From Eledone cirrhosa (taxonomy: Eukaryota), in NCBI GenBank assembly GCA_964016885.1, contig OZ024741.1, positions 36,394,001 to 36,458,000 on the forward strand: a DNA stretch of 64,000 nucleotides. Reading direction: 5' to 3'. Positions within the stretch are counted from its first letter, which is position 1; every line of letters starts with the position of its first letter. Under the pieces are notes generated by a model that saw nothing but the letters and a program-made list of their open reading frames with translations, was not told where the DNA came from and ran no database searches. Positions 27,660-41,156 of this stretch are shown here, piece after piece. The position numbers were made by a program, and so were the translations under genes.

Positions 27660-30292
27660 ATTATACCAGTAATATAATATGTTAACTATACCAGTAATAT
27701 AGTATATATGTTGACTATACCAGTAATATAATATAATATATTGACTATACCAGTAATATACTACATATGTTGACTATACCAGAAATATAGTATATATGTT
27801 GACTATACCAGTAGTATAGTATATATGTTGACTATACCAGTAATATAGTATATATGTTGACTATACCAGTAGTATAGTATATATGTTGACTATACCAGTA
27901 ATATAGTATATATATTGACTATACAGTAATATAATATATATGTTGACTATACCAGTAATATAGTATATATATTGACTATAGCAGTAATATAGTATATATA
28001 TTGACTATACCAGTAATATAGTATATATGTTGACTATACCAGATATATAGTATATTGACTATACCAGTAATATAGTATATATGTTGATTATACCAGTCAT
28101 CATCATCATCATCATCACCGTTTTACGTCCGTTCTTCCACGCTAGCATGGGTTAGACGGGTTGTCCTGTTGTGGGCAGTGTCTGGTCGGCTGACCATGTC
28201 TTGCTCATACAGGAACTGATTTGGCTTGATTTCTACAGCTGGATGCCCTTCCTAACACCAACCTCATTTACATTGAGTGCTGGGTGCTTTTTCGTGGCGC
28301 CTACACGTCCACTTTACAGTGTGGGCTGGGTGCTTTTTTGCCGTGGCACCTCCACGACCACCTTGCGGTGGGAGGGTGTGGGGGCATATTGTCTATATGC
28401 TTCAGCTTGTACCCATGGGAGGTCGGGTACTCTGTATTACTGCGTGACGCCAGAGGTCACGGTCGTGTGTCATTGCCTTTGAGAGGTGTAATTGGGTAAG
28501 GTCGGCTTTTATCACCTCATCCCAGGTCATCTTGGGTCTCCCCACTCCGCGGTTTCCATCAACTTCTAGTGCTCTGCACCTTTTTATGCAGCTGTCATCC
28601 TTCATACGCATCACATGTCCATACCAGCGCAACCGCCTCTCCTGCACACAGCATTTGATTTCTCTTATGCTCAGTCTCTCTCTCAATTCATTTATGCTTT
28701 GTCGTTCACGTATATTACTATTACACATCCATCGGAGCATGCAGGCTTCGTTTCTCTCTAATCTACATAAGTCTTCCACCTTCAGCGCCTAGGTCTCACT
28801 ACCATGCAACATTGCTGTTCGGATACACGCATCATACAGTCTGCCTTTCATTCTGAGGGAGAAGCCTTTTGCAGCAAGCAGTGGTAATAGTTCCTTAAAC
28901 TTCTTCCATTCTGTTCTTACCCTAGTTATTGTACTTTCTGAACACCCACCTCCGCTGCTAATTCGGTCACCTAGGTAGCAAAGCTGTCTACTGTTTCTAC
29001 AGAGCCCACCCAGAGATTATAGTTTATTATACCAGTAATATAATATATTGACTATACCAGTAATATAATATGTTGACTATACCAGTAATATACTACATAT
29101 GTTGACTATACCAGTAATATAGTATATATATATTGACTATACCAGTAATATAGTATATATGTTGACTATACCAGTAATATAGTATATATATTGACTATAC
29201 CAGTAATATAGTATATATATTGACTATACCAGTAATATAGTATATATGTTGACTATACCAGTAATATACTACATATGTTGACTATACCAGTAATATAGTA
29301 TATATGTTGACTATACCAGTAATATAGTATATATGTTGACTATACCAGTAATATAGTATATATGTTGACTATACCAGTAATATAGTATATATGTTGACTA
29401 TACCAGTAATATACTACATATGTTGACTATACCAGTAATATAGTATATATGTTGACTATACCAGTAATATAGTATATATGTTGACTATACAAGTAATATA
29501 GTATATATGTTGACTATACCAGTAATATAGTATATATATTGACTATACCAGTAATATAGTATATATGTTGACTATACCAGTAATATAGTATATATATTGA
29601 CTATACCAGTAATATAGTATATATGTTGACTATACCAGTAATATAATACGTTGACTATACCAGTAATATACTACATATGTTGACTATACCAGTAATATAG
29701 TATATATGTTGACTATACCAGTAATATAGTATATATGTTGACTATACAAGTAATATAGTATATATGTTGACTATACCAGTAATATAGTATATATATGGAC
29801 TATACAGTAATATAGTATATATATTGACTATACCTGTAATATACTATATATATTGACTATACCAGTAATATAGTATATATGTTGACTATACCAGTAATAT
29901 AATATATTGACTATACCAGTAATATAGTATATATATTGACTATACCAGTAATATAATATATTGACTATACCAGTAATATAATATATTGACTATACCAGTA
30001 ATATAGTATATTGACTATACCAGTAATATAATATATTGACTATACCAGTAATATAATATATTGACTATACCAGTAATATAATATATTGACTATACCAGTA
30101 ATATAGTATATATATTGACTATACCAGTAATATAATATATTGACTATACCAGTAATATAGTATATATATTGACTATACCAGTAATATAATATATTGACTA
30201 TACCAGTAATATAATATATTGACTATACCAGTAATATAATATTTCTGTTGACTATACCAGTAATATAATATTTCTGTTGACTATACCAGTAA
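27660..30292. repeat. About 29-bp minisatellite GTTGACTATACCAGTAATATAGTATATAT (interrupted by an RTE; resumes at 35452-35678)
   Basis: Direct reading; 25-bp variants dominate the right end. Confidence 0.97.
28098..29025 (-). mobile_element. RTE LINE 5'-truncated insertion with 11-bp TSD
   Basis: ATTATACCAGT at 28087-28097 and 29026-29036 (carries a rare satellite variant base); (CAT)n tail. Confidence 0.95.
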
Positions 30293-30384
30293 TATATATA
30301 TATATAATTGGTGTTGGATGCTTAAAGCGTCCGTATGCGGTAGGCAGTATGAGCACTCGATACCCTCGTAGAGCAGAGTATGGT

Positions 30385-30570
30385 ATCACAGAAAAAAGAG
30401 AATCAGTGAAAAAGGAGAATCAGTGTTGCGACGAAAGGAATTTATTGGACATATTACAATTGTTTCTCAGGCGAGCAGCTCAACGCATGATCGATATGGT
30501 GATCGAACCTGACTCTGAAATTGCGCGGTCCTCGGATATGTCTCGATTCTATGAAGCAGATTTTCCTATG
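30385..30570. repeat. Unclassified dispersed repeat (second copy 61848-62015)
   Basis: TCACAGAAAAAAGAGAATCAGTG..GGAATTTATTGGACATATTACAATTG..CAGATTTTCCTA in both copies. Confidence 0.8.
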
Positions 30571-30605
30571 ATATATATATATATGTATGTATATATATAT
30601 GTATG

Positions 30606-30638
<33 letters not shown>

Positions 30639-30776
30639 GTATATATATGAGAAGGAAATATGGCTATACGCACAAATTTAAATATGTGTATATATTTATA
30701 TATATATGTATTTGTATATATGTGTATATGTATATGTATATATGTGTATATATATATGTATATATATGTATATGTA

Positions 30777-30821
<45 letters not shown>

Positions 30822-30904
30822 ATATACTCCATTTTACAGTATGACCATGCATTAAAATGGAGGGGTAGAGAGACAACATGAGTCCAGTAAGACATCCTCT
30901 GTAG

Positions 30905-31672
30905 TGCTGGTAGCACAAATAAAAGCATCCAGTCCATGCTGTAAAGTGGTGCTGGTGTTAGGAAGGGCATCCAACTAATGTATCAATGCCAAAACGATTA
31001 TAAGCACAGCAACAAGTATATAGGAACAACAAAAATATGAAAACGTTGTATCTCAGATTTGCAACACTTAATGTTGGCACTCTTTCAGGTAGATCTGCTG
31101 AAATAGCAGAGATGCTGGAGAGAAGACATGTGGATGTGTGCTGCGTGCAAGAGGTGAGATGGAGCGGTGCCTCTGCGAGACTAGTCGCAGGCAAACATCT
31201 TAGCTATAAGCCTTTCTGGGTAGGTAAGGATGATGGGTTAGGGAAGTAGGCATTTTCATCAATAAGACAATAGAGGTAGTTCGAGTTAGTAATCGAATAA
31301 TTAAGCTTAGATTAGTTGTAGGCAGGAGACTACTGACAATCATCTCTGCCTATGCTCCCCAAGCAGGCCTAGGCAGAGAAGAGAAAGACTGCTTTTACAA
31401 GCAACTTTTACAAACAACCGCAATAACAGAGGACGGAGACATCGTTATGCTAGCAGGGGACTTCAATGGTCATGTTGGACAGCTCCAGGATGGTTACACT
31501 GGGGTACATGGTGGGCACGTTTACGGCTCAAGAAATGAAGAAGGAGTGAGACTTCTTGAATTTTGTGATGCAAGTACACTGATTATTTGCAACACTAACT
31601 TCCAGAAACCTGCCAACCACCTAATAACGTACAAATCAGGCGAGCACATAAGCCAGATTGACTTCTTACTAG
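30905..31672 (+). mobile_element. RTE LINE 5' fragment: leader and degenerate APE endonuclease
   Basis: LRFATLNVGTL..VDVCCVQEVRW..SAYAPQ..AGDFNGHVG..ICNTNFQK..SQIDFLL, with frameshifts. Confidence 0.9.
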
Positions 31673-32223
31673 TCTCTTTATAATATATAACCAGCAATTT
31701 CTCTGTCTGTCTGTCCGACAGTGGAAACACGTGCGCGCGTGCGAATGTTTTTTGCGCACGCGTAGAGAGAGTGTGAGAGTGAAAGAAAGAGACAGACTAC
31801 GAGAGGGAGATAGCGGCAGGGAGAGAGGGAGAGAGAGAGAGTGAATAGATGCTAAAACACATGCGCATGTGCGAATGTTTTTTGCGCACGCGTAGAGAGA
31901 GGGTGAGAGTGAAAGAAAGAGACAGACTATAAGAGGGGGATACCGGGAGGGAGAGAGGGGGGAATTGAGGAGTGCTACAGAAACATATATACATTTCTGT
32001 GTGTGTGTAATATATATATATATACACACACAGAAATATATATATATACACACAGAAATATATATACATTTCTGTCTGTAATATATATATATACACACAG
32101 AAATATATATACATTTCTGTGTGTGTAATATATATATATATACACACAGAAATATATATACATTTCTGTGTGTGTAATATATATATATATACACACAGAA
32201 ATATATATACATTTCTGTGTGTG

Positions 32224-32272
<49 letters not shown>

Positions 32273-33487
32273 GAAATATATATACATTTCTGTGTGTGTA
32301 ATATATATACACACACAGAAATGTATATATATTTCTGTGTGTATATATATATATATTACACACACAGAAATGTATATATATACACACAGAAATATATATA
32401 CATCCCTTAGCTACTGTAGTGTATCTGTTGCTATCTTTCTCTCTCTCCAGCTATCCCTCTCTTTTAGTCTGTCTGTTTCTCTCACTCTCACTCTTTCTCT
32501 TTGTAACACACTAACATTCCTCCCCTCTATCGCTGTGACGAATGGGGAGATGGAGGAGGAGGAGGAGAGAGTCACTTCGTCACTTCACCTCTGCCTTTCT
32601 TTCTCTCCCCTCTCACTCCCTCATTACGTACAGACATTAGGGCTGTGGATTGGCAGAATCTGTAGAGAGTCGGACACCATGCTTCATAGCATGGAGTTAA
32701 CTTTGCTTTTCATCCTCACGGGGTCGATAAAATAAAGTACCATTAATGTCCTGGGTAATTGCTGGCCTTGTGCCAAAAGTAGAAACAATTATTAGAAACA
32801 TTGCTTCATTTTTACATATCTAAGCATTAGTAAAATAACTAATAATTTCAAAAGTAATTTTTCAATTCCAATTGTTATGAACAGCAAAACATTAATAATA
32901 ATTTTGTTCTAAGAAATATATATACATTTCTGTGCATGTAATATATATATATATACACACACAGAAATATATATACATTTCTGTGTGTGTAATATATATA
33001 TATACACACAGAAATATATATACATTTCTGTGTGTGTAATATATATATACATTTCTGTGTGTGTAATATATATATATATATATATACACACACAAAAATA
33101 TATATACATTTCTGTGTGTGTAATATATATATATATATATCATCATCATCATCATTTCATTTTACGTCCGCTTTTTTCCCTGCTTGCAAGGGTGGGACGG
33201 GAACTGATGCTGGCTTGATTTCTACAGCTGGATGCCCTTCCTAACACCAACCTCATTTACAGTGAGTGCTGGGTGCTTTTTTGCTGTGGCACCTCCACAA
33301 CCACTTTGCAGTGGAATGATATGGACCCCAGTCCCTATCATCTCATTTCTACAGCTGAGTAAACTGGAGCAATGTGAAATAAAGTGTCTTGCTCAAGGAA
33401 ACAACACATCACCCGGTCTGAGAATTGAACTCACAACCTTTCGATTGCAAGGCCAATGCTCTAACCACTAAGCCATGTGCCTCCATC

Positions 33488-33521
<34 letters not shown>

Positions 33522-33789
33522 GAAATTATATGGGCAATTCTCTGTTTGTCTATCAGTCTGTCTGTCCTTCCCTAAAACTCAAATGTAGGTGCTACAGAAA
33601 TATTACCTTCCCCTTCCTTTCTCAACTTTGGTACTACCAAGAGAAACACTGTCGCTATAGAAACATTACCTTCTCCTCTCCACTGACTTTGGTCACTGAG
33701 GCCGAGGGAATCGCTGGTTGCTATAGAGACACCTTGCACAAGCCAGAAGTAACCAGTTCGAGGCGGTTCTGACTTGACACCATGCCAAG
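31673..33789 (+). mobile_element. Probable Helitron-derived segment with palindromic minisatellite and nested SINEs (family 1 at about 32640-32790 +, family 2 at 33140-33484 -)
   Basis: 5' TCTCTTTATAATATATAA..TTTCTCTGTCTGTCTGTCC resembles the start at 33790. Confidence 0.5.
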
Positions 33790-34506
33790 TCTACTTATAA
33801 TATATAATGGGCATTTCTCTGTTTGTTTGTCTGTCTGTCCGTCTGTAAAAAATGCCAAGGAAACAAATAGACGCAGTTTCAAATCTCTATGCTTTTCAAA
33901 TTCATTACATTAATCTTTATTTATACGTTTCGCTTTACGAGTGTTTCGACTTACGAGTGTTTCGGCTTACGAGTGTTTTGGCTTATCATTATATATAAAC
34001 GTTTCAGGGTGGTGGATTGGCAGTATCGGTAGAGGGTCGGACGCCATGCTTTCCAGCATAGTTACGTCCCTTTACGATCTGAGTTCAAATCCCGCCGAGG
34101 TTGACTTTGCCTCTCATCCTTACGGGGTCGATAAAATAAAGTACCAGTAATGCACTGGGTAATTGCTGGCCTTGTGCCTAAAGTAGAAACAATTATATAT
34201 AAACGTTTCTATTTCCATCGTTTTATTGTAAACGTTTATATATTTCCATCGTTATATCATAACGTTTATGTATCATAACGTTTATATTTCCGTCACTAAT
34301 CTCTTTTTCTCCTTTTTCGTTTTAACATATATTTATTTCAAAGATTTCACCGTATAGATAACATATATATTTATACATGCAAAAAAGACACACCGAGAGA
34401 CGGTGAACATGTGGTGCCGAAAACATTTCTCATCCAAATCTCAACAATATCAGTATATACACTAGATTTGCTAGCAGAAAACCGCCCACCGGGTGGTTTC
34501 TGCTAG
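33790..34506 (+). mobile_element. Non-autonomous Helitron
   Basis: 5' TC, (TCTG)n near the 5' end, 3' hairpin CTAGCAGAAAACCGCCCACCGGGTGGTTTCTGCTAG ending in CTAG. Confidence 0.7.
34006..34191 (+). mobile_element. SINE family 1, full length, with 18-bp TSD
   Basis: ATTATATATAAACGTTTC at 33988-34005 and 34192-34209. Confidence 0.92.
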
Positions 34507-34804
34507 TCTATATATATAAGACTGAGGATGTCTGTGTGTGTGTGAGTTCAAATCCCTAAAACTCGAGAACCACCAAACCGACTGTTTTCAAACTTTACAC
34601 ATGCAATACTTATGTTTCAGGGAGTGTTTTGAGCAAAAATAAATCAAATTTTCAATGTCCTAGGGATCGCATTAGGCGATTTAGCGATCTCTCTCTATAA
34701 TTCTTATTCTTTCGCTTTTTAGATAGATACATACATATAACGTCGCGCCCTTATAATATCTGTTTGTATGTCTGGCTGTCTGCATTACGTCACTTCCCTG
34801 AGGA

Positions 34805-34870
<66 letters not shown>

Positions 34871-35451
34871 TGAGTTTGAATCCCTAAAACTCGAGAAGAA
34901 CCCAACCTATGTATTACTTATGTTTCAGGGAGTGTTATGCACATAAAAAATTCGACTTTTTTGTATCTCCTAGAGTCCGCATTGGGTGAAAAACTGCGTT
35001 TTTTTTTAATTTTTAGGGGTTTTTTGAGGCGCTATCTCAGACCGATTTCCTAGAAATTGTAACTATGTATTAGTCAGTCTCTTCTTCATAATGTAAGCAA
35101 AGAAAATCCAACTTTCTTATGGCCTAGGGCCCACATTAGGTGAAAAACTTTATTTTTTCAGCTTCTTATGCCTTTTTGGAGGCGTTACGTCTAGCCGATT
35201 TTCCCGAAATTTCAAGGCATATTATGCACATAAAAAAATTCATTTTCTTGATCCCCTAGGGCCCGCATTAGGTGAAAACCTGCATTATTCCTTCTTCATC
35301 GAGGAAAATCTTAAAGATTATCCAGCCATCAGAGTATTCGGTTTATTTTCTTTACATATTGTCCAGGCATGCAGTTTTTCCACAATTAGGTCTGTTGGTG
35401 GCCCGTGTTCCAAAATACCTTATCCCGTGCAACGCCGGGTACCACTGCTAG
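34507..35451 (+). mobile_element. Non-autonomous Helitron
   Basis: 5' TCTATATATATAAG; internal sub-repeats; 3' CCCGTGCAACGCCGGG hairpin then CTAG|T. Confidence 0.85.
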
Positions 35452-35873
35452 TATAGTATATATGTTGACTATACCAGTAATATAGTATATATGTTGACTA
35501 TACCAGTAATATACTATATATGTTGACTATATAATAATATACTATATATGTTGACTATACCAGTAATATAGTATATATATATTGACTATACAGTAATATA
35601 GTATATATATTGACTATACCAGTAATATAGTATATATATTGACTATACCAGTAATATACTATATATGTTGACTATACCTGGCCCTTTCAATTACAGGTAC
35701 AGTTCATCCAATAGGCTTTCAAACAATTTCTTCAATCCAATTTTACTCACAATTCCTGAACTGATCTGAGACTATAATAAAAGGCAATTGTCCAACCAAG
35801 ACCCCCAGCTCTGGGTTCAAAACTGGTACCTAATGATTGCAAATTGTCAAGAGATTCTTGACCATTTGGCCAT

Positions 35874-35909
<36 letters not shown>

Positions 35910-35924
35910 TCTCTCTCTCTAGAA

Positions 35925-36990
35925 AAGCACTACAGTGTGTTCCTTCCCCAAGAAAGACAACTCTGACACTGCTAACTACCGTCCTATCACTTACTCTTCC
36001 AATATCTCAAAGGTAATATAGTCAGCCAAAAATAACCTTCTCCGACATCTTGAATCACACATCTTCTTTAATGATCACCAATATGGCTTTTGGAATGCCA
36101 GATCTAATAGCCACTTACCCTCCTATGTTACTCATTATTCAAGGAATTTGGTGAAGCAATTAAAAAAGGAAAATGGCTGTTAACTGATGAAGAGGATGAT
36201 GAAGAGGATGCAGGGTTAGATTTAGACCTTTAGGAGCCTAGGGCACTTCAGCTTTGGGGCCCCTCATACACAAAAAATTAGAATACACAGCAAATCTCCC
36301 AATTTTACATATGAAAGTTAGCTTGCCGCAAGTAAAAGGAATTGGAAAGTTATACATACAGGTATTAATTCAAAAATTCTAACCAACCTAAAACTAAAAA
36401 GTCCAACTGAGGGCACAAATAAATTGGTACAGCCATCGCTGGTGGGGCCCCCACTGCAGGAAGCCCAGGATAATTGCCCCCCTTTTCCCCCATTAAATCA
36501 AGCCCTGAGGGGGATGAGTATTGTTGCCTATGCCTTGCCCCTAAATCTCCTGTCAAAACTGCCTGCCTATTAGTGTAATCCATCTCTCATCTCTTGTATT
36601 ATTGAGTTCCTATCAAATTATACTGCCATCCACTTTACTATGCCCCAGGGTCAAGGCTTAGTTTTGTCCTTCACACACCTTCTACTATAAATCAATGATT
36701 TACTTGCCATCATCTCCAACAATGCTCACCCTTTATCATAAAACCTAGGTTCTTCACACCAAATCTGTTCTGACACTATGAACAGAGACCTCAAAAACAT
36801 CCTCTAATTTGGTCATGCCAGTCTTGTCTCCAGCAAAAAAAATAAAAGCACAAGTATTGCACATATAAGTAAAGTATTATCCCACCTTCTCCCTAAATAT
36901 GAACGTTGTATTACCAGAAGCCTCACAATCACTCAATGTTATTAGGATTTATCCTAGCAAAAACACATACTTGTGGCCCTATTTCTAACA
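35925..36990 (+). mobile_element. Old, degenerate LINE RT fragment (CR1/Jockey group)
   Basis: PKKDNSDTANYRPIT..NDHQYGF; degraded PQGS and INDLL near 36645-36705. Confidence 0.65.
36211..36507. mobile_element. hAT-type MITE
   Basis: TIR CAGGGTTAGATTTA / TAAATCAAGCCCTG; GGGGCCC subterminal motifs; imperfect TSD AGAGGATG / AGGGGGATG. Confidence 0.75.
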
Positions 36991-37059
36991 TCAATGTGTT
37001 TTAATTATCAAAGTAATCATGAATTATGAAAAGTTTAGTGAAATAAATAACATTCAAAT

Positions 37060-37672
37060 TCATAATTTCTAATTTGGTTACAAGGCCAGAAATTTGGTGT
37101 GGGAAAAGTCAGTTAAATCAATTCTAGTACTTGACTGGTACTTTATTTCATCAACCTTAGAAGAATGAAAGGCAAAGTTGACCTTGGCAGATTTTTTGCT
37201 CAGATCGTAAAGAGCCATGACTAAATACCACAAAGCATTTTATCCAATGCTTTAATGATTCTGCCACTGCCCTAACTTTCAACTTAATTATTTCTAACAT
37301 TAGCACAAGGTTAACTATTTTGAATGAGAAAGATGATTATATCAACCCCTGTACTTAACAGATACTTTATTCTATTGACCCAGGAAGGATAAAAGGTGAA
37401 GTTGACTTCAGAACAGAGAAAGTCATAACTAAATACCACAAACTATTTTGTCTGATGCTCTATTGGCTACTAATACACAATCCTAATTTTCAACTTAACA
37501 ATTTGAGGGGAGAGGAAAGTCAATTAAATCCACCCCAATGCATTACTGGTACTTTATTGTATCGAACCTGTAAGGATGAAAGACAAAGCTAACCTCGGCA
37601 GGATTTGAACTCAGGGTCATAACTCTGTTGTGAAGCATGGTGTCCGACACTCTACCAACACTACCAATCCAG
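37060..37672 (-). mobile_element. Three adjacent, diverged SINE family 1 copies
   Basis: Repeated CTGGTACTTTATT..GATGAAAGGCAAAGTTGACC..GAACTCAG. Confidence 0.8.
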
Positions 37673-39475
37673 CAAATATTTAACTACTGAAGTATAATGT
37701 TATCTGTCATGTAATAAAACGGTTTCAATGCAGGGTTTGAATTTAAGTTTCAACACTTTAACAGCAGCAGTTTTGGATGGATTGGTGTTTAATAAGTCAA
37801 TATTGTTAATACCAACCTGCCTGAAACCACCTCTAATTCTACATTACTAAGCTTTTTTTATTTTAAAATATTTATCATCATCATACTCATCATTTAATGT
37901 ATATTTTGCACACTTGCTTGGGCTTGATGGGTTGTCACATTATGAGAAAATTCAGGGGACGATGTCTTGCTTATACAAATTTGTATTGTGGTTTGGTTTC
38001 TATGGCTGGATGCCCTTCTAATACCAACCACATTACAGAGTAGACTGGGTGCTTGTTATTGTGGCACCAAAATGACCACTTAACAGGATGAACTGGGCTT
38101 TTTTTGTTTTTATATTTATCTAAAAGCTTTCCATCATAATCTTAAGTTAAGTTAAGCTCCAGACACCAAGTTAATAATGAGAAAGTTAGTTATATTACTA
38201 AATTCCTTCAAATTTTTTTATTATTTCCAAATTTATTTGAAAGCCTTTGATACTGTATTTCATTAGAAATGTAGTAAGAGAGGGGTTAACAGAGAAAATG
38301 TTGTTTTTTAAATACTTCAGCTCACATTAATTACTAAACTACTAGAAAACTCAAGTAAGACCTACAAAGGAATACTCCTCTCACATCTGGAACAGAGTTT
38401 CTGCTACACAAATATAGGCATCCTAGACAGCTTCCAAAGAGATGTCACTCTACTAATCAGCATGAAGAATTGCTCACCAACACACAGTAACTTCTGGCAA
38501 GCTGCCTCCTCTCTCTGCCTTTCATATCATAACTACAGGGCCCTCTGCTCCACTCTAATTATAAAATTATAAAATCAACTAAAAATAGTCCCACTCCAAC
38601 TCCCTCCAGTTAACCTTGCACAAACATATTTAGGAAACAGATAAAAGATAGGATTTATATTCCATGAAAAAAAAAATCAATACTTTAAACATATCTTTTT
38701 AATATTTATGTGGATGCCATGTTGAAATCTTATTCTAATCTGTATACAATCTTTTTTGGCACAGTTGCTATGCACTTTTGGTGAATTTTTATGTGTCATT
38801 GACAGTAAGGAGGTTGTCATGTCCAAGACGCAATTGAAGAGTTCCCTCAATCTTTTTCAGAACAGTTTCTATACCTTCATGCCCTTCCTAAGACTAAACA
38901 CATAACAGAAAGTACTGGGTGCATTTTAGTGTTGCATCAACACAAGGGAACTTATTAGATTGTTGACTTGACTGAAGGACCCTTCCTGCTCTATGGTGGG
39001 ACTGGATGTATGTCAAACTAATAGAGAGAAATTGATATATATATATATATATATATATGCATGTATGTCAATGTATGTATATATACACACACCCCATGAA
39101 GTGGTTGGTGATAGGAAGGCCTTCCAGCCATGGAAAGTTTGCCAAGCAAACAAAGGGTGATGAGGACCCTTCAGCCATGTCAAGGACATGACAGACTCCC
39201 TAGTATTGATGAACTACACAATAAACACAACCAGTACACACTGTAAGTGGTTGGTGATAGGAAGGGCATCCAGTCATACAAAGTTTGCCAGACAAAGGGT
39301 TGGGAAAATCCTCAGTTGTGACAACCTTTCATGAGCACTCAATGGAACGTGAAACCTTACATAAGCACAGAGGTCCTTGGCTTGCCTGGGAGATCAGTAG
39401 CTCTGCTTCAGTACTGACTTGGTCTATATGGGCCCATCCAACCCTTGCTAGCAGACATTAAAATGACGATGACAA

Positions 39476-39512
<37 letters not shown>

Positions 39513-39820
39513 TTTATTATATAGAAATTATGCAATATGACAGCAGCAGCTTGATAACGTCCGTCTTCCCCATTAGATGGGCATTGTGGTCTGGTTACGT
39601 AAGCCAAGTTTGGGAGAATGGGTGGTCCACATGTAATTTGCCTAATTTGGAGGGTGCATACAGTGTTTGGTGGGAGTCATGGGTACAGATTGGCATTTGG
39701 TTTAGGATGTTTGCTGAGGGGTTAGTAGAGTGATTGGAGCAATAACGGTCTTATTTACGTATACATATATGTCAGTGCTGTATTAAAATTTATATTTACT
39801 CCTAGAATTAACGATTAACT

Positions 39821-40435
39821 GATTAATTTAATTAGATGACTCTATTGATTGATTAATTGTTTAAGTTTGTTTGATAACTTCTGGTTGAGTGCTTTATTCG
39901 GTCTGTCTAAAGGGATTCATTCCTTTATCTCAAATTAGAATTCACCGCCTAAGTGGGGGTTACCTCCCTTGGAGTAAACCACGTGTCTGTGGCGACATTT
40001 AAAGCTACAACATACCCGCTCAGGCTAAGAACGAAAGACTTGTTGAAGAAGTAAATCCTATGTTCTGTCGTCAAAAACCATTATATTGCAGACTCCTGCA
40101 ATAGGAATTTGTCGATCTTGGATTTGCAGAAACTTAGCGCTGATGTTGGATGCTATATGTGATGTATATTGTTGATATACGATGTAAGTTATATATTTTG
40201 CACTTGGCCTCACCGCTATGTCCGGGTCAGTATAAAATCTTTTCCTGGGTCCTGTATTTTCGTTGCTCTAGTGATGCGGCTGGACTGCCGATCGCTATAT
40301 CTGATTTGCTAAGCTGTCTGAACGTAATGTTATTACTCTGGGGGTCTTTCCTCATCTGAGTGCTCAAGCTACAGACCGATTATGCATATACGCTAGCTTG
40401 GCCGTATTCTATAGCTTCGTCAATGCTGTACTGAA

Positions 40436-40506
<71 letters not shown>

Positions 40507-41122
40507 AATTTTAGTACAGCATTAACGAAGCTTTAGTTCGCGGCCAAGCTAACGAATGCCAATTCGGTATGTAGCTTTAGCACTCAAATGGGAATAGTAC
40601 CCTATAGTAATAACAATACGTTTAGACAACTTAGCAAATCAAATATAGCGATCGGCAGTCCAGCCGCATTACCACAGCAACGAGAATGGTTGGACTCAGG
40701 AAAAGATTTTAGATTGACCTGGACGTAACGCTGAGACCAAATCCAATATATAATGCATATCGTATAGCATACGATATACACCACATACAGCACACAACAT
40801 CCACGCTAGGTTTCTGCAAATCCAAGATTGACAAATTCCGCTTGCAGGGGTCTGCAAGTTAATGGTCTTTGACGACAGAACAAAGGATTTACTTCTTCAA
40901 CAAGTCTTGTGTTCTTTAGCCTCTGCGGGTATGTTGTAGCAGTACATTTTGCTATAGACACGTGGTTTTCTCCAAGGGAGGTAACCCCCATTTTGGCGGT
41001 GAATTCGAAATTTGAGACAAAGGAATGAAATTCCCTTAGACAAACCGAATTAAGCACTCAACCAGAAGTTATCAAACAAACGTAAACAATTAATCAATCA
41101 ATAGAATTATCTAATTAAATTA

Positions 41123-41124
<2 letters not shown>
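39821..41124. repeat. Two diverged copies of an unclassified element (about 620 bp) in inverted orientation around a (TA)n tract
   Basis: 39821-40440 is the reverse complement of 40505-41124, with many substitutions. Confidence 0.9.

Positions 41125-41154
<30 letters not shown>

Positions 41155-41156
<2 letters not shown>

Noticed and set aside
34412-34422. TGGTGCCGAAA, a canonical tRNA-Phe PBS-like 11-mer
   Set aside because: No adjacent LTR or retroelement sequence; lies inside a Helitron-like unit
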